A stretch of DNA of 60,173 bases from a virus (taxonomy: Duplodnaviria > Caudoviricetes), in the IMG/VR virus record IMGVR_UViG_3300027769_001255, positions 1-60,173 of that record. The stretch is one strand, 5' to 3'. The notes under the pieces were generated by a model. That model saw only the letters and a program-made list of their open reading frames with translations. It was not told the DNA's origin and did no database searches. Shown here piece after piece: positions 18,219 to 28,234 of the stretch. How positions within the stretch are numbered: the stretch's first letter is position 1; each line of letters starts with the position of its first letter. The position numbers and the translations under genes were made by a program.

Positions 18219-18595
18219 TGGGAACAATGATGCCAAGCCAAGCGCAGGTAGCAATGAGAGATGAATATGCACCTTACAATGCCAAGATGCAATTAAAGAG
18301 GAAAACAAAGATGTCACTAAAACAAAGAATACGCAACTGGTTGAAAGATGATGAAAGCGAAAAGGAAGAGTGGGCATTGCCTATCACCAAGTCCACTCTT
18401 TCTTCCCCTGAACGATTTGATATGGATGGAATGAACATTACCATCCATAGCGCCAATGGCGGGTATGTTGCACAGTTCCGTCGTTACGATCAAAAGATTG
18501 ATCGCCACCAGGCACAGTTGTATGTGATCACCAGCGATCAGAAGTTTGAAGAAGCACTTGCTCACTGCATTGCTATGGAATGTCTCAGTCGTTAA
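18215..18595 (+). CDS. Hypothetical phage protein
   Basis: ATGA overlap, ANGGYV motif. Confidence 0.7.
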   Translation: MMGTMMPSQAQVAMRDEYAPYNAKMQLKRKTKMSLKQRIRNWLKDDESEKEEWALPITKSTLSSPERFDMDGMNITIHSANGGYVAQFRRYDQKIDRHQAQLYVITSDQKFEEALAHCIAMECLSR

Positions 18596-18610
18596 CACAA
18601 AGGAAATAAA

Positions 18611-19204
18611 ATGAGCTTAGTACCAATGGTCATTGAGACCACCGGACGCGGTGAACGTGCATATGATATCTACAGTCGCTTGCTCAAGGAACGCATCGTC
18701 CTACTTGAAGGCGAAGTGCATGACCAGATGGCCAATCTGATCGTGGCACAGCTATTGTATCTTGAAGCTGAAGATCCCAAGCGTGATATCAATCTGTGGA
18801 TCAACTCACCAGGTGGTAGTGTCACAGCAGGCATGGCCATCTATGATACCATGCAGTTCCTGGCACCAGATGTGAGTACTGTGGTAATGGGCCAGGCCTG
18901 TAGCATGGGGTCATTGCTGGCACAAGCAGGTGCCAAGGACAAGCGTATGATCTTGCCCAACGCACGACACATGATCCATCAACCCTCAGGTGGTGCTCGT
19001 GGACAGGCCACAGACATGGAAATCCAAGTGCGTGAGATCTTGGCCATGAAGAAGAACCTGACGCAGATCTATGTGGACCATAATTCAGCCAGCAAGAGCT
19101 TTGAAGACCTTGCCCGGGACATGGAGCGCGACTTCTTTATGAGTGCCGAAGAAGCAGTTGCATATGGATTGGCAGATAAGGTAATGACAAAGAGGACAGC
19201 ATGA
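18611..19204 (+). CDS. clpP: ClpP proteolytic subunit
   Basis: [20 protein letters not shown] (Ser), MIHQP (His), ERDFF (Asp). Confidence 0.97.
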   Translation: MSLVPMVIETTGRGERAYDIYSRLLKERIVLLEGEVHDQMANLIVAQLLYLEAEDPKRDINLWINSPGGSVTAGMAIYDTMQFLAPDVSTVVMGQACSMGSLLAQAGAKDKRMILPNARHMIHQPSGGARGQATDMEIQVREILAMKKNLTQIYVDHNSASKSFEDLARDMERDFFMSAEEAVAYGLADKVMTKRTA

Positions 19205-19476
19205 ACTATGTAGAAGGTCCGTATCATACTGGTATGGTCAGATGGCACGGAGGTAGTCGTAACCTTGAAGTCATGGACCAAAGCGGAGGTTGGCAGACGC
19301 TTTGGTTCAAAGAACAACACCACCTGCCCCCAGATGCATATGAGTTGCTAAACTGGGCCAGGGAAGAACGACAACGCCAACAAAATATACGAGCACTTCG
19401 TGAACAATATCCTACCCTGGACCAAGCTCTTACCCACGTTGAAGTCATTACAGCTCTCGTTACAGAACGTGGATAA
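19201..19476 (+). CDS. Hypothetical phage protein
   Basis: GMVRW..LEV.D..GW motif then helical tail. Confidence 0.7.
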   Translation: MNYVEGPYHTGMVRWHGGSRNLEVMDQSGGWQTLWFKEQHHLPPDAYELLNWAREERQRQQNIRALREQYPTLDQALTHVEVITALVTERG

Positions 19477-19684
19477 AAGCCAACATCCGCACGTGGTTGA
19501 TGTTGACTGGAGCATGGCACAGGCGCGAGAAGATTGGTGGGATCTGATCTGCATCTATGCCATAGAAGAATTTGGACTTCCGGGAGATCGCTTTATCACT
19601 GAAGCTACCCCGGAAAACATGCGCTTCTATTTTCGAGATCCACAGGATGCCATGATCATGCGGTTGCGTTGGCACATATTATAA
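19469..19684 (+). CDS. LRW-family small protein 7
   Basis: Ends FRDPQDAMIMRLRWHIL. Confidence 0.7.
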   Translation: MDKSQHPHVVDVDWSMAQAREDWWDLICIYAIEEFGLPGDRFITEATPENMRFYFRDPQDAMIMRLRWHIL

Positions 19685-19692
19685 ATATGTGC

Positions 19693-20385
19693 ATGAAACA
19701 CAAGGTAGCAATATTTTTACACCATCCCGAATGTTCTCAGGACTGTGTTGATGGAATGGCTGAGGCCCTGCTACCGCACTATGACATAGTGACCTTTTCT
19801 GAAGACACCTTGAACGCCGCTATCTTAAGCGGCGTTTCTGTGATTGCGTTCCCTGGAGGCATAGGAGACAGTGATTCCTATTATGAATTCTTCCGTCGCA
19901 GGACAGCCAATATCGTGGCAGACTTTGTTGCCAAGGGTGGCAAGTACCTTGGCATTTGCATGGGTGCATACTGGGCAGGCAAGCACTACTTTGATATCTT
20001 AGAAGACGTTGATGCTGTGCAGTATATCAAAAGACCTGGAGCAGACGTGCGCCGTAGCTTTGGAACAAAGACGCCAGTGACTTGGAATGGTCAACTGGAA
20101 CACATGTACTTCTATGATGGATGCGCACTTGTGGGCAATGAAAGCCGATTTGAAACTGTGGCACGTTATGCCAACGGAGATCCAATGGCGATCATCCAGG
20201 GCAACATTGGTATCATTGGTTGCCATCCAGAAAGCAGCCACTACTGGTATCAAGCACCGTGGCAGTATTTAGAACCCTACTGGCATGAAGGACGCCATCA
20301 CAAGTTATTATTGGGTTTTGTTGACAAATTGGTAAATATTTGTCCAGGAGGACACAACCATGAAACAGAAAAAGCTATTAGCTAA
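19693..20385 (+). CDS. Class I glutamine-amidotransferase-like (BPL_N-like) protein
   Basis: [16 protein letters not shown]. Confidence 0.8.
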   Translation: MKHKVAIFLHHPECSQDCVDGMAEALLPHYDIVTFSEDTLNAAILSGVSVIAFPGGIGDSDSYYEFFRRRTANIVADFVAKGGKYLGICMGAYWAGKHYFDILEDVDAVQYIKRPGADVRRSFGTKTPVTWNGQLEHMYFYDGCALVGNESRFETVARYANGDPMAIIQGNIGIIGCHPESSHYWYQAPWQYLEPYWHEGRHHKLLLGFVDKLVNICPGGHNHETEKAIS

Positions 20386-20518
20386 ACTGTACAGGGCTTG
20401 CGTCGACCAAGATACAGAAACCATTGCCAAACTCCGCGAAAAAGAGTTTGCGAAGATACTGAAACACAAGGCCGAAGGCAAACCATTTAGTACAAAATGG
20501 ACTTTGGTAAGGATTTAA
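20360..20518 (+). CDS. Small basic protein (52 aa, not in ORF track)
   Basis: AGGAGG RBS, TAAATA upstream, [14 protein letters not shown]... Confidence 0.6.
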   Translation: MKQKKLLAKLYRACVDQDTETIAKLREKEFAKILKHKAEGKPFSTKWTLVRI

Positions 20519-20536
20519 CAGTAACAAAACTGTAAT
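20519..20536 (+). promoter_or_regulatory. Pho-box-like element
   Basis: CAGTAAC-AAAA-CTGTAAT versus PhoB consensus CTGTCAT-A(A/T)A(T/A)-CTGTCAY. Confidence 0.45.
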
Positions 20537-20569
20537 CTTTTCAACTACGATGCTACGATAAATACTGCC

Positions 20570-21346
20570 ATGCAGAAAACTTATCGTAGCATTTTCATTA
20601 GCGATATACATCTAGGCAGCAGGGGTTGCAAAGCTGACCTACTGTGCAACTTCCTCAAAAATAATTCAGCAGAAACCATGTACCTTGTGGGTGACATCAT
20701 TGATGGCTGGCGCCTTCAGCGCAACTGGTACTGGCCACAAGAACACAGCAACGTAGTACGACGTTTCCTTACAGCCGCCAAGCGCGGTACAAAAATCATC
20801 TACATAGCAGGCAATCACGATGAAGCCATACGCCCTTGGTTGCGACACATTCCAGACATTGGCAATGTGACATTCCAGAACAAAGCAGAACACATAGGTG
20901 TAGATGGAAAACGATATCTCATAGTACATGGTGATATGTTTGACACCTTGATGCATGCCACATCAGGCAAGCTGATCATGCACATTGGAGACAAATTGTA
21001 TGATGTCATAGTACGTCTCAATGATTGGTGGGCCTTATTGCGAGCCAAGCTGGGTTTGGAATATTGGAGCATGAGCAAATGGATCAAGCAGAACACCAAG
21101 CAAGCTGTTGGCTATGTGCTTAACTTCGAAGGCTTGCTTGCTGACTATTGCAAAGCCAAAGGATATGATGGTATCATATGCGGACATATCCATACAGCAT
21201 CCATAAGAGATGTAGATGGTATAACATACATGAATGACGGCGACTGGGTGGAGAGTTGTACAGCACTGGTTGAACATCACAACGGCGAGTGGGAATTGAT
21301 ACACTGGAAATATCAAGATGAAAAAAATTCTAATAGTAACAGATAA
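20570..21346 (+). CDS. LpxH/PlcP-family metallophosphoesterase
   Basis: SDIHLG, GDIIDGW, GNHD, HGD, CGHIH, GDWVESC. Confidence 0.9.
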   Translation: MQKTYRSIFISDIHLGSRGCKADLLCNFLKNNSAETMYLVGDIIDGWRLQRNWYWPQEHSNVVRRFLTAAKRGTKIIYIAGNHDEAIRPWLRHIPDIGNVTFQNKAEHIGVDGKRYLIVHGDMFDTLMHATSGKLIMHIGDKLYDVIVRLNDWWALLRAKLGLEYWSMSKWIKQNTKQAVGYVLNFEGLLADYCKAKGYDGIICGHIHTASIRDVDGITYMNDGDWVESCTALVEHHNGEWELIHWKYQDEKNSNSNR

Positions 21347-22316
21347 TTTACCGGATCAAATAAATGGCGTGGTTACGACATACAAGAACATTGAAGCTTG
21401 TGCGCTACTGGATGGTTATACTTTTGATTATCTTCACCCCGGGCGGTTCAGCTATTTTGATTGCCCTAGGTATAACGAAGTCAAGATTAGCTTTCCCTAC
21501 AAGATGGGGCAGAAGATCCAGGAGACTGGTCCGGATCATATCCATGTCGCCACGGAAGGTCCTTTGGGTCTGTACGCTGGAATTTATCTTACAAATAATG
21601 GGATTAAGTACAATACTGCTTACCATACTAAATTTCCTGAAGGGCTGAAGAAGCTGTTTGGTATTCCGGAAAGTTGGACCTGGCGATATGTACGCTGGTA
21701 TCACAAGCACAGCGGCAAGGTACTGACCACAACTGAAAGCATGGTCAAAGAATTACAAGCACATGGATTCGGCGATGTCATTCCCTGGACTCGTGGAGTT
21801 GATAGAACCATATTCCATCCAGGACATAGAGGCACAACTGTAGCCAGTCGTCCGATATTGGTATGTGTTGCACGTGTGAGCAAAGAAAAGAACCTTGAGG
21901 CTTTCTTTGAACTGGACTACCCGGGTGCTACAAAAATCATGGTGGGCGATGGCCCCATGCTGGAAACATACCGCAAACAATATCCAGATGTGATCTTCAC
22001 AGGATTCAAGACAGGCAATAGCCTAGCAGAGTACTATGCCAATGCTGATGTGTTTGTGTTTCCAAGCCGTTGGGAAACATTTGGCATTGTGATGATCGAA
22101 GCCATGGCCTGCGGCACGCCAGTTGCTGCCTTTCCTTGCCAGGGTCCGTTGGATGTGGTGGAACCGGGTGTTACAGGATTCATGAACGAAGATCTAAAAC
22201 AAGCAATTGACGACTGCTTGAAATTAGATCGAAACGACGTGCTCAACGGAAGTGTCAAATGGACATGGCAACGTGCCTGGGAAATCTTTAGAGATAACCT
22301 GATATCTTCTAAATAA
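21318..22316 (+). CDS. GT4 glycosyltransferase (Agt-like)
   Basis: [37 protein letters not shown]. Confidence 0.9.
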   Translation: MKKILIVTDNLPDQINGVVTTYKNIEACALLDGYTFDYLHPGRFSYFDCPRYNEVKISFPYKMGQKIQETGPDHIHVATEGPLGLYAGIYLTNNGIKYNTAYHTKFPEGLKKLFGIPESWTWRYVRWYHKHSGKVLTTTESMVKELQAHGFGDVIPWTRGVDRTIFHPGHRGTTVASRPILVCVARVSKEKNLEAFFELDYPGATKIMVGDGPMLETYRKQYPDVIFTGFKTGNSLAEYYANADVFVFPSRWETFGIVMIEAMACGTPVAAFPCQGPLDVVEPGVTGFMNEDLKQAIDDCLKLDRNDVLNGSVKWTWQRAWEIFRDNLISSK

Positions 22317-23496
22317 TCTGTTTCAGTGCAGACACAAGATTACTCATCATGGCATCGGTATGCAAAGGAGTTGGAGCAAACCTAAGTCGCTCTGTTCCAA
22401 CTGCCACAGTGGGATAGTTGATTGCTTGCACATAGATATTGAATTCTTCTATCAAGCGGTCACTGGCCGCTTTACATTTCACAGCATCACCTATCAGCAC
22501 AGGAACGATGTGAGTTTCGTTTAGCATCACAGGCAAGCCTGCTGCCATCAACATTCCTTTAAGGGTACGAGCACGTTCTTGATGTGCTTCTCTCAGTTCA
22601 TTGTGGTCTTTGAGGTATTTGACTGCTGCCAATGCGCCAGCGCATAACACAGGACTGATGCTGGTGGTAAAAATAAACCCACTGGCAACGCTACGTATGG
22701 CATCTATCACCTGATCGTCAGCGGCAATGTAACCGCCTTGCACACCAAATGCTTTGCCTAGCGTACCGTTGACAATGTCAATCCTGTCTTGCAGGCCTAG
22801 CTTTTCAAGATAGCCTGCGCCTGTGGCACCATACAATCCCACAGCATGCACTTCATCAAGATATGTGATGGCGCCATACTTGTCTGCTAGGTCGCATATT
22901 TCTTTCAGCATACTAACATCGCCATCCATGCTATACACACTCTCAAACACGATGCACGGAGTTTCTTCGCGCATGACCGCTGCCTTAAGACTGTCTTCTA
23001 GGCTAGTCATATCGTTGTGTTTGAATATGATCCGGTGCGCACCCGAATGGCGCATGCCTTCTATCAGGCTTGCATGATTTTTGCTGTCGCTTACGAAGGC
23101 CAAGTTTGGTATGATCTTGGCAAGAGCAATTAGAGTCCACTCGTTAGCCACGTATGCAGAACTGAACAGCAACGCTCGCTGTTTGCGATGCAGTCGGGCC
23201 AATTCCATTTCCAATGCCACATGATAGTGACTGGTTCCGGAGATGTTGCGTGTGCCACCTGATCCTGCTCCAGACTGATCCAGTGCAGTGTGCATGGCAT
23301 CCAAGACCACTTTGTGCTGGCCCATGCCCAGGTAGTCGTTGGAACACCAGTTCACAATCTTTTTGATGTTGTACGGACCGTACCATATGGCATTGGGATA
23401 GCTACCTCGCTCGCGTAGCACGTCGTTGAACACTCGATAGCGTCCGTTTGAACGCAGATTATTCAGTACCGTTTCAAAGTGGGTTATGGGTATCAT
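22309..23496 (-). CDS. hemA: 5-aminolevulinate synthase (PLP, Shemin pathway)
   Basis: [46 protein letters not shown]. Confidence 0.92.
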   Translation of the reverse strand: MIPITHFETVLNNLRSNGRYRVFNDVLRERGSYPNAIWYGPYNIKKIVNWCSNDYLGMGQHKVVLDAMHTALDQSGAGSGGTRNISGTSHYHVALEMELARLHRKQRALLFSSAYVANEWTLIALAKIIPNLAFVSDSKNHASLIEGMRHSGAHRIIFKHNDMTSLEDSLKAAVMREETPCIVFESVYSMDGDVSMLKEICDLADKYGAITYLDEVHAVGLYGATGAGYLEKLGLQDRIDIVNGTLGKAFGVQGGYIAADDQVIDAIRSVASGFIFTTSISPVLCAGALAAVKYLKDHNELREAHQERARTLKGMLMAAGLPVMLNETHIVPVLIGDAVKCKAASDRLIEEFNIYVQAINYPTVAVGTERLRFAPTPLHTDAMMSNLVSALKQII

Positions 23497-23539
23497 GGTG
23501 TTGTATTTAAGCAACACCTGTGCCCGTCCAAAATTGCAC

Positions 23540-23601
23540 AAAAAACAGGCACTTTTGAGCCCAAAAACTTCTGAAAAAACAGGCACTTTTGAGCCCAAAA
23601 A
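23540..23601 (+). repeat. 28-nt direct repeat, 2 copies, 34-nt period
   Basis: AAAAAACAGGCACTTTTGAGCCCAAAAA at 23540 and 23574. Confidence 0.9.
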
Positions 23602-23604
23602 ACT

Positions 23605-23739
23605 CCAATGATTTCAATGACTTAGCTTGGCGTTGAAAATCAATGACTTAGCCTAAACTGTGGCATTTTTGCAACACTGGCAGATTTCTGAAAAAAAGTT
23701 CAAAAAACGGTTGACGCACCCGGGCCCATTTGCTATACT
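23605..23739 (+). promoter_or_regulatory. Early promoter cassette copy 1
   Basis: 2x TCAATGACTTAGC, TGT-N12-ACA (23659-23676), TTGACG-17-TATACT. Confidence 0.8.
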
Positions 23740-23745
23740 ACATAC

Positions 23746-24066
23746 ATGATAAAGAAACGCAAGACACGCTCGGATCGCACTCACATCATTTACCAAGCCA
23801 CTTGCGTGGCTACTGGTGAACTGTATGTGGGCGTGACTGCCAAGACCCAGCCCACACTGGCCAAGAGCTTGTGGACTCGCTGGAGGAAGCACCTGCAACG
23901 TGCCCGCACTGAGAACAAGAAATGGACTCTGTGCAAGGCAATCCGCAAGCATGGTGCAGAAGCTTTTGAAGTCATTATCATCGAAACAGTTCGCGGTAAG
24001 GCACTTGCACACGAACGTGAGCGCGAGCTTACCGTGGAACTAGGTGCCACGCTCAACACTCTGTGA
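23746..24066 (+). CDS. GIY-YIG-like nuclease domain protein
   Basis: IIY..LYVG, RWRKH, AIRKHG, E motif. Confidence 0.75.
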   Translation: MIKKRKTRSDRTHIIYQATCVATGELYVGVTAKTQPTLAKSLWTRWRKHLQRARTENKKWTLCKAIRKHGAEAFEVIIIETVRGKALAHERERELTVELGATLNTL

Positions 24067-24074
24067 GGTATACA

Positions 24075-24212
24075 ATGCTCAAGATGATCATAGCCGCACT
24101 GGCCCTGATGGGCACCACGATTGTAATTGGCGCCATTTTGGATGACGGTGCCATGCAAAAATGCCAGCTCATTTATTCGTATGACACCTGCTTTTATTCA
24201 CTCAACCGTTAA
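24075..24212 (+). CDS. Small exported protein (45 aa, not in ORF track)
   Basis: GAGGT RBS, hydrophobic N-terminus, two Cys. Confidence 0.55.
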   Translation: MLKMIIAALALMGTTIVIGAILDDGAMQKCQLIYSYDTCFYSLNR

Positions 24213-24224
24213 GGAGAGACACAC

Positions 24225-24581
24225 ATGATCAAGTTCAACACCACTCTAACCACAAGCGGCACTGGCTACTGGAGCACTGTTCGCAAGAATGTTCGTGCTA
24301 CCAGCATTGGTGTTTCGTACATCAATGACGAGCGAGATTTTGGAGAGCTCCGTGTTTACTTTGACACTGAGACCTGGGACGTTGAAACGGACGGCCTCAT
24401 CTACACCGATGCTCGCTTTCTAGCGGAACTCACTACCGTACTGGCTCAAGCTGGGTTTGCTGTATCTGATATCGGCTACAGCGAGCAGGGCATGCAAGGT
24501 GACGATTACGTGAGCTTGGATGTTGGCCAGGCGTTCCTTGACAGCTGGTTTGATATTGTTGGCACCACAGAGGAGGCTTGA
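24225..24581 (+). CDS. Hypothetical phage protein
   Basis: AAGGAG RBS; GLIYTD, YSEQGMQG. Confidence 0.75.
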   Translation: MIKFNTTLTTSGTGYWSTVRKNVRATSIGVSYINDERDFGELRVYFDTETWDVETDGLIYTDARFLAELTTVLAQAGFAVSDIGYSEQGMQGDDYVSLDVGQAFLDSWFDIVGTTEEA

Positions 24582-24899
24582 ATGGACAAGGTAATACGTG
24601 ACGGACGGGTGGCTGTACTATACAGTCCGGGCTTTGGTGCTGGCTGGTATAGTTGGAATACTGAAAAGCCAGAACTGCTATATGAGCCCAACCTTGTGGC
24701 CATGATCGAAGACGGCCGTCCAGCACACGAACTGGAAGCCTATATTGAAACCAAGTATGGGGAAGATGCACCTTACTGTGGTGGCTTGCGCGACATTCAA
24801 ATTGAATGGTTACCCGTTGGCGTATTGTTTCGAATCCACGAGTATGATGGATCCGAAACTATTGAGGTCAAAGAGGACATGAGCTGGTTGACAGCCTAA
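24582..24899 (+). CDS. Hypothetical phage protein
   Basis: VLYSPGFGAGW, EYDGSE. Confidence 0.75.
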   Translation: MDKVIRDGRVAVLYSPGFGAGWYSWNTEKPELLYEPNLVAMIEDGRPAHELEAYIETKYGEDAPYCGGLRDIQIEWLPVGVLFRIHEYDGSETIEVKEDMSWLTA

Positions 24900-24943
24900 T
24901 TGGTCCATGCTACAGTAACAACACACTAACACAGGAGATCATT

Positions 24944-25333
24944 ATGGGCTTGGATATGTATGCACACCGCGTAGCCGCGGAACATGCTGTAGATGATTTT
25001 ACCGTTGCCCGCAACGAAAACGACGAGGGCTACGAAGAAGAACTCTTCTACTGGCGCAAACATCACGACCTGCATGGTTGGATGGAGCGACTGTATCGTA
25101 CCAAGGGCGGCGATGCTGAAAGCTTCAACTGTGTCAAGGTGCGCCTGACCATGGAAGATCTAGATGCGCTAGAAAAAGATGTGCTGTCTTACAACCTGCC
25201 ATCAACACAAGGCTTCTTCTTTGGCAACAATCCCCCAGATGAAGATAGTGTCCAGAGAGACATGGAATTCATTTCTAAGGCCAAAACTGCTGTTGCCATG
25301 GGCGATGCAGTTTATTATGACAGCTGGTGGTAA
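24944..25333 (+). CDS. Hypothetical phage protein (MGLDMY/YWRK type)
   Basis: Promoter TTGACA-17-TACAGT at 24888; MGLDMY, YWRKH, GFFFG, YYDSWW. Confidence 0.8.
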   Translation: MGLDMYAHRVAAEHAVDDFTVARNENDEGYEEELFYWRKHHDLHGWMERLYRTKGGDAESFNCVKVRLTMEDLDALEKDVLSYNLPSTQGFFFGNNPPDEDSVQRDMEFISKAKTAVAMGDAVYYDSWW

Positions 25334-25345
25334 AGGAGAAATATC

Positions 25346-25801
25346 ATGGGAACTCGTTCGGCTATTGCAGTTGCACACGGTGATGTGATCAAGGCAGTTT
25401 ATTGTCATTGGGATGGATATCTCGAACACAATGGGCGTATCTTGCAGAAACATTATCCCAGCCACTTGGCTAACCAGCTGGTGTCCATGGGAGACATTTC
25501 TAGCTTGCGTCCGGAGATTGGTGAGAAGCATGCGTTCAGTCCTGCCATTGCCAAGATGAGCATGGACGAATATGATGCCCAATATGGCAACATGACCACA
25601 TTCTATGCACGTGACCGCGGAGAAGATGGCGCTGACTGGAGTGTGTTCAACAGCCGCGAAGACTTTGTTAACGAGATGGGTCATCGGGGTTGTGAATATC
25701 TTTATCTGATGGATGAGGGTATTTGGTACGTCAGCACTGGCGACAAATTCCAGCGTCTTGATGTTGCACTTGAATCTACAAGGGAGAATGAAAATGCCTA
25801 A
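25346..25801 (+). CDS. Hypothetical phage protein
   Basis: MGTRSAI, YCHWDGY. Confidence 0.8.
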   Translation: MGTRSAIAVAHGDVIKAVYCHWDGYLEHNGRILQKHYPSHLANQLVSMGDISSLRPEIGEKHAFSPAIAKMSMDEYDAQYGNMTTFYARDRGEDGADWSVFNSREDFVNEMGHRGCEYLYLMDEGIWYVSTGDKFQRLDVALESTRENENA

Positions 25802-26384
25802 TTGGTGTTCAAACGTATTGACCCTCACGCACGAGGATCCTACAATGCTGGCTCGTGCTAGGCAGGGATTTCTGTCAGGCAAACTGCTGTCTGAGTTTCT
25901 TCCTTGTCCAGAGGAATTGCTGGACGAAGGCAGCACCACACATGCGCCGGGTGATGCGGGGCAAAAGTATGATGACCTGCGAGACCGACTTCGAGAGAAA
26001 TATGGCTTTGCCAGTTGGTATGATTGGCAAGTGTCCAATTGGGGCACCAAGTGGGACGTGGGTAGCGAAGGCAGTGAAGAAAGTGATTATCCCATTGATG
26101 GAGATACGATCACCTTCCACTTTGACTCTGCATGGTCTCCGCCTGTGGAAGCCATGAGTGCATTTGAAGAAGAAGGCTTTGTGGTGCATCTCAGCTATCA
26201 CGAGCCCGGTATTGGCTTCTGCGGATATTTCAGCACCGAAGATGGCGACGAGGAATATGACCTCAGCGGCATGAGTTCTGAACAGGTCAAGGAAGAACTT
26301 CCAGACTGGCTGGACGACATGTTTGCCATCACTGAGACCATGGCTGAATATGAATCCGAGCAGGACTATGAGGAGGAAGAGTGA
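25794..26384 (+). CDS. DUF1281/Api92-like ferredoxin-fold protein
   Basis: MPNWCSN, WYDW..NWGTKWD, FDSAWSPP, EPG. Confidence 0.8.
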   Translation: MPNWCSNVLTLTHEDPTMLARARQGFLSGKLLSEFLPCPEELLDEGSTTHAPGDAGQKYDDLRDRLREKYGFASWYDWQVSNWGTKWDVGSEGSEESDYPIDGDTITFHFDSAWSPPVEAMSAFEEEGFVVHLSYHEPGIGFCGYFSTEDGDEEYDLSGMSSEQVKEELPDWLDDMFAITETMAEYESEQDYEEEE

Positions 26385-26584
26385 TGGGTTGGCGAGTCTA
26401 CATGGAACTTGACGGCGACAAGGAATACCTTGGCAGTTTTCCCACACAAGAGGAAGCTGAGATTGTTTGCGAACATGCGGTAGAGGACGAAGTGGATGCA
26501 TACGGCTTTGTGATGGATCCAGATGGTGAAATAGTGTATCGTATCAACGAGCCCAAAGAGGAGTGGCTGTATGATGATGAGTGA
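26381..26584 (+). CDS. Hypothetical protein
   Basis: Overlapping start/stop, acidic. Confidence 0.6.
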   Translation: MMGWRVYMELDGDKEYLGSFPTQEEAEIVCEHAVEDEVDAYGFVMDPDGEIVYRINEPKEEWLYDDE

Positions 26585-26780
26585 TTGGTCATACAGTTTC
26601 CGCTGGACCCAGCCCTATCCAAATTGGCGTCCCATCCAGTTGCGTGTGGCCCACAATGATGGGCATCGCAGGGCTGTGCAAGCAGAACTAGACCAGCTTG
26701 ATGCTCTGGAAAAACAGGTGCAAACAGCTGATCTTGGGCCTATTGCTAACCTATTGAAATCATTGGGGAAAAATTCCTAG
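26571..26780 (+). CDS. Hypothetical protein
   Basis: GGAG RBS, overlap. Confidence 0.55.
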   Translation: MMMSDWSYSFRWTQPYPNWRPIQLRVAHNDGHRRAVQAELDQLDALEKQVQTADLGPIANLLKSLGKNS

Positions 26781-26873
26781 CAAAATCAAGCACTTAGCAG
26801 GTGTTGTATTTGTGCAACACCTGCATCTTTCTGGAAAATTTTGGTTGACCGCGAGCCCGTTTTGTTGCATAAT
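26751..26873 (+). promoter_or_regulatory. Early promoter cassette copy 2
   Basis: ATTGAAATCATTGG, AAAATCAAGCACTTAGC, TGT-N12-ACA (26802-26819), TTGACC-17-CATAAT. Confidence 0.8.
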
Positions 26874-26903
26874 ACGAGTATGGTAAGCAAAAAGGAGCAA
26901 ACG

Positions 26904-27182
26904 ATGAGCTATTATGTAATTGCAAAAGGTACCGGTCTTATTGTCACAGACGGTCCCAATCGCACTCGTGCATACAAGACCTGGGGTGCCGCAAAGGCAG
27001 TGATTACTCGACTTATCAACAAGGCAGGCTGGAGTGCAAACGATCTTCAGATTGTTGACCGGGCCACTTACAAGCCACGCATGGTCACTCGCAAGAATTT
27101 GATGTCGGGCCAGGACTACCAGGAAGATGTAAACACGCCGCTTTGCTGTTCACCTGCTAGCGAAACCTACTGGAGCATGTGA
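26904..27182 (+). CDS. Hypothetical phage protein (in-frame leaderless ATG also at 26880)
   Basis: AAGGAG RBS; NTPLCCSPASETYWSM. Confidence 0.75.
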   Translation: MSYYVIAKGTGLIVTDGPNRTRAYKTWGAAKAVITRLINKAGWSANDLQIVDRATYKPRMVTRKNLMSGQDYQEDVNTPLCCSPASETYWSM

Positions 27183-27183
27183 T

Positions 27184-27330
27184 ATGAAGATTGTGTTCAA
27201 TCAGATTCTCAATGGTTGGTACATTGTTCGTGGTCGTCATCAGACTCCTATCAGTGGACGCTTTGAAAGCAAGCAAGAGGCCTTGGCCTATTTGCGTCGT
27301 CGCAACCCTTTGTATACCGAGGTGATGTGA
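27184..27330 (+). CDS. Small protein (48 aa, not in ORF track)
   Basis: MKIVFNQILNGWYIVRGRHQTPI... Confidence 0.6.
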   Translation: MKIVFNQILNGWYIVRGRHQTPISGRFESKQEALAYLRRRNPLYTEVM

Positions 27331-27332
27331 AC

Positions 27333-27575
27333 ATGAACTATCAAGAAATGACCAAGACGTTCACTGCCAAAGCCGCCAAATGCCGGTCGCTTTGGGAAGT
27401 TGAACTCTGTCTCAAGGACATTCGAGATACCTTGGAAATTTGGCATGGTGAGATGATGATTGAGACGCTGAACGGAAACAGTGTCAACAACCTCTACGTG
27501 CAAAAACTACTGTGCGAGCGTGATGCATATCTTGCTCGCTATGATCAACTCAAACGCAAAATGGAGAAGGCTTAA
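27333..27575 (+). CDS. Hypothetical protein
   Basis: GAGGTG RBS. Confidence 0.65.
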   Translation: MNYQEMTKTFTAKAAKCRSLWEVELCLKDIRDTLEIWHGEMMIETLNGNSVNNLYVQKLLCERDAYLARYDQLKRKMEKA

Positions 27576-27576
27576 C

Positions 27577-27861
27577 ATGGCACAGCAATTTGTTGCTCTG
27601 TTGCACAATTACCAGGACGGTCATGACAAGATCTGGGGCGCCATCGAAGGTAACCAGTGTGTGCTCAGTTTCTGGGGCAAGCGTGGCTCTAAGCTGGCTT
27701 TCAAGGAATATGCATACACATGGCAGGCTGAAGAACAAGCCCACAAGAAACTGCGCAAGGGCTATGAACGTGCCCAGCAAGACATCTTGCCCGCAGACTT
27801 TGATGCACAGCTCATGATGGCCACATTGGGCATGGTTAAATTTAGATTGGAGACAGTATGA
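27577..27861 (+). CDS. WGR-like domain protein
   Basis: HDKIW, FWGKRG, KLRKGY. Confidence 0.65.
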   Translation: MAQQFVALLHNYQDGHDKIWGAIEGNQCVLSFWGKRGSKLAFKEYAYTWQAEEQAHKKLRKGYERAQQDILPADFDAQLMMATLGMVKFRLETV

Positions 27862-28091
27862 TGAACGAATGGATCTTGCTAGTTTTCTTGCTCAGCCCAG
27901 GTGGCGACTTCATGGACAAGATTCCTGTGACCATGCCCACTCAAGCGGCATGTACACGAGCTATCAAACAACTGCCCCGCAAAGGCGAGCACCCAATGGG
28001 AGTGCAGTTTCGTGGAATTTGTGTGACTCGTGCACACTGGGAAGGCAAGGAAGTGATGCCTAATGTGCCGCTGGAACCCACTTTCAAATAA
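27858..28091 (+). CDS. Hypothetical protein
   Basis: ATGA overlap, hydrophobic N-terminus. Confidence 0.6.
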   Translation: MMNEWILLVFLLSPGGDFMDKIPVTMPTQAACTRAIKQLPRKGEHPMGVQFRGICVTRAHWEGKEVMPNVPLEPTFK

Positions 28092-28105
28092 CAGGAGCAC
28101 GTCAC

Positions 28106-28234
28106 ATGGCCAGTGTCAAGAAAGGTACAATGACCCGTCCACCACAATGGTGGAAGCATCTCAAAGAATGGAAACGAGTGTTCTGGAAATCAGAACGGCA
28201 GGCTCACAAACAACAAGCACGGAAGGATATCTGA
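28106..28234 (+). CDS. Small basic protein (42 aa, not in ORF track)
   Basis: AGGAG RBS; QWWKHLKEWKRVFWKSER. Confidence 0.6.
   Translation: MASVKKGTMTRPPQWWKHLKEWKRVFWKSERQAHKQQARKDI

Noticed and set aside
23540-23652. Possible CRISPR array
   Set aside because: Only two copies with a 6-nt gap, no spacers, no cas genes
23746-24066. Homing endonuclease or intron
   Set aside because: Catalytic-domain-sized ORF only, no DNA-binding tail and no interrupted gene
25202-26501. Long minus-strand ORFs (282 and 208 aa)
   Set aside because: Lie opposite well-supported + strand genes that have RBSs
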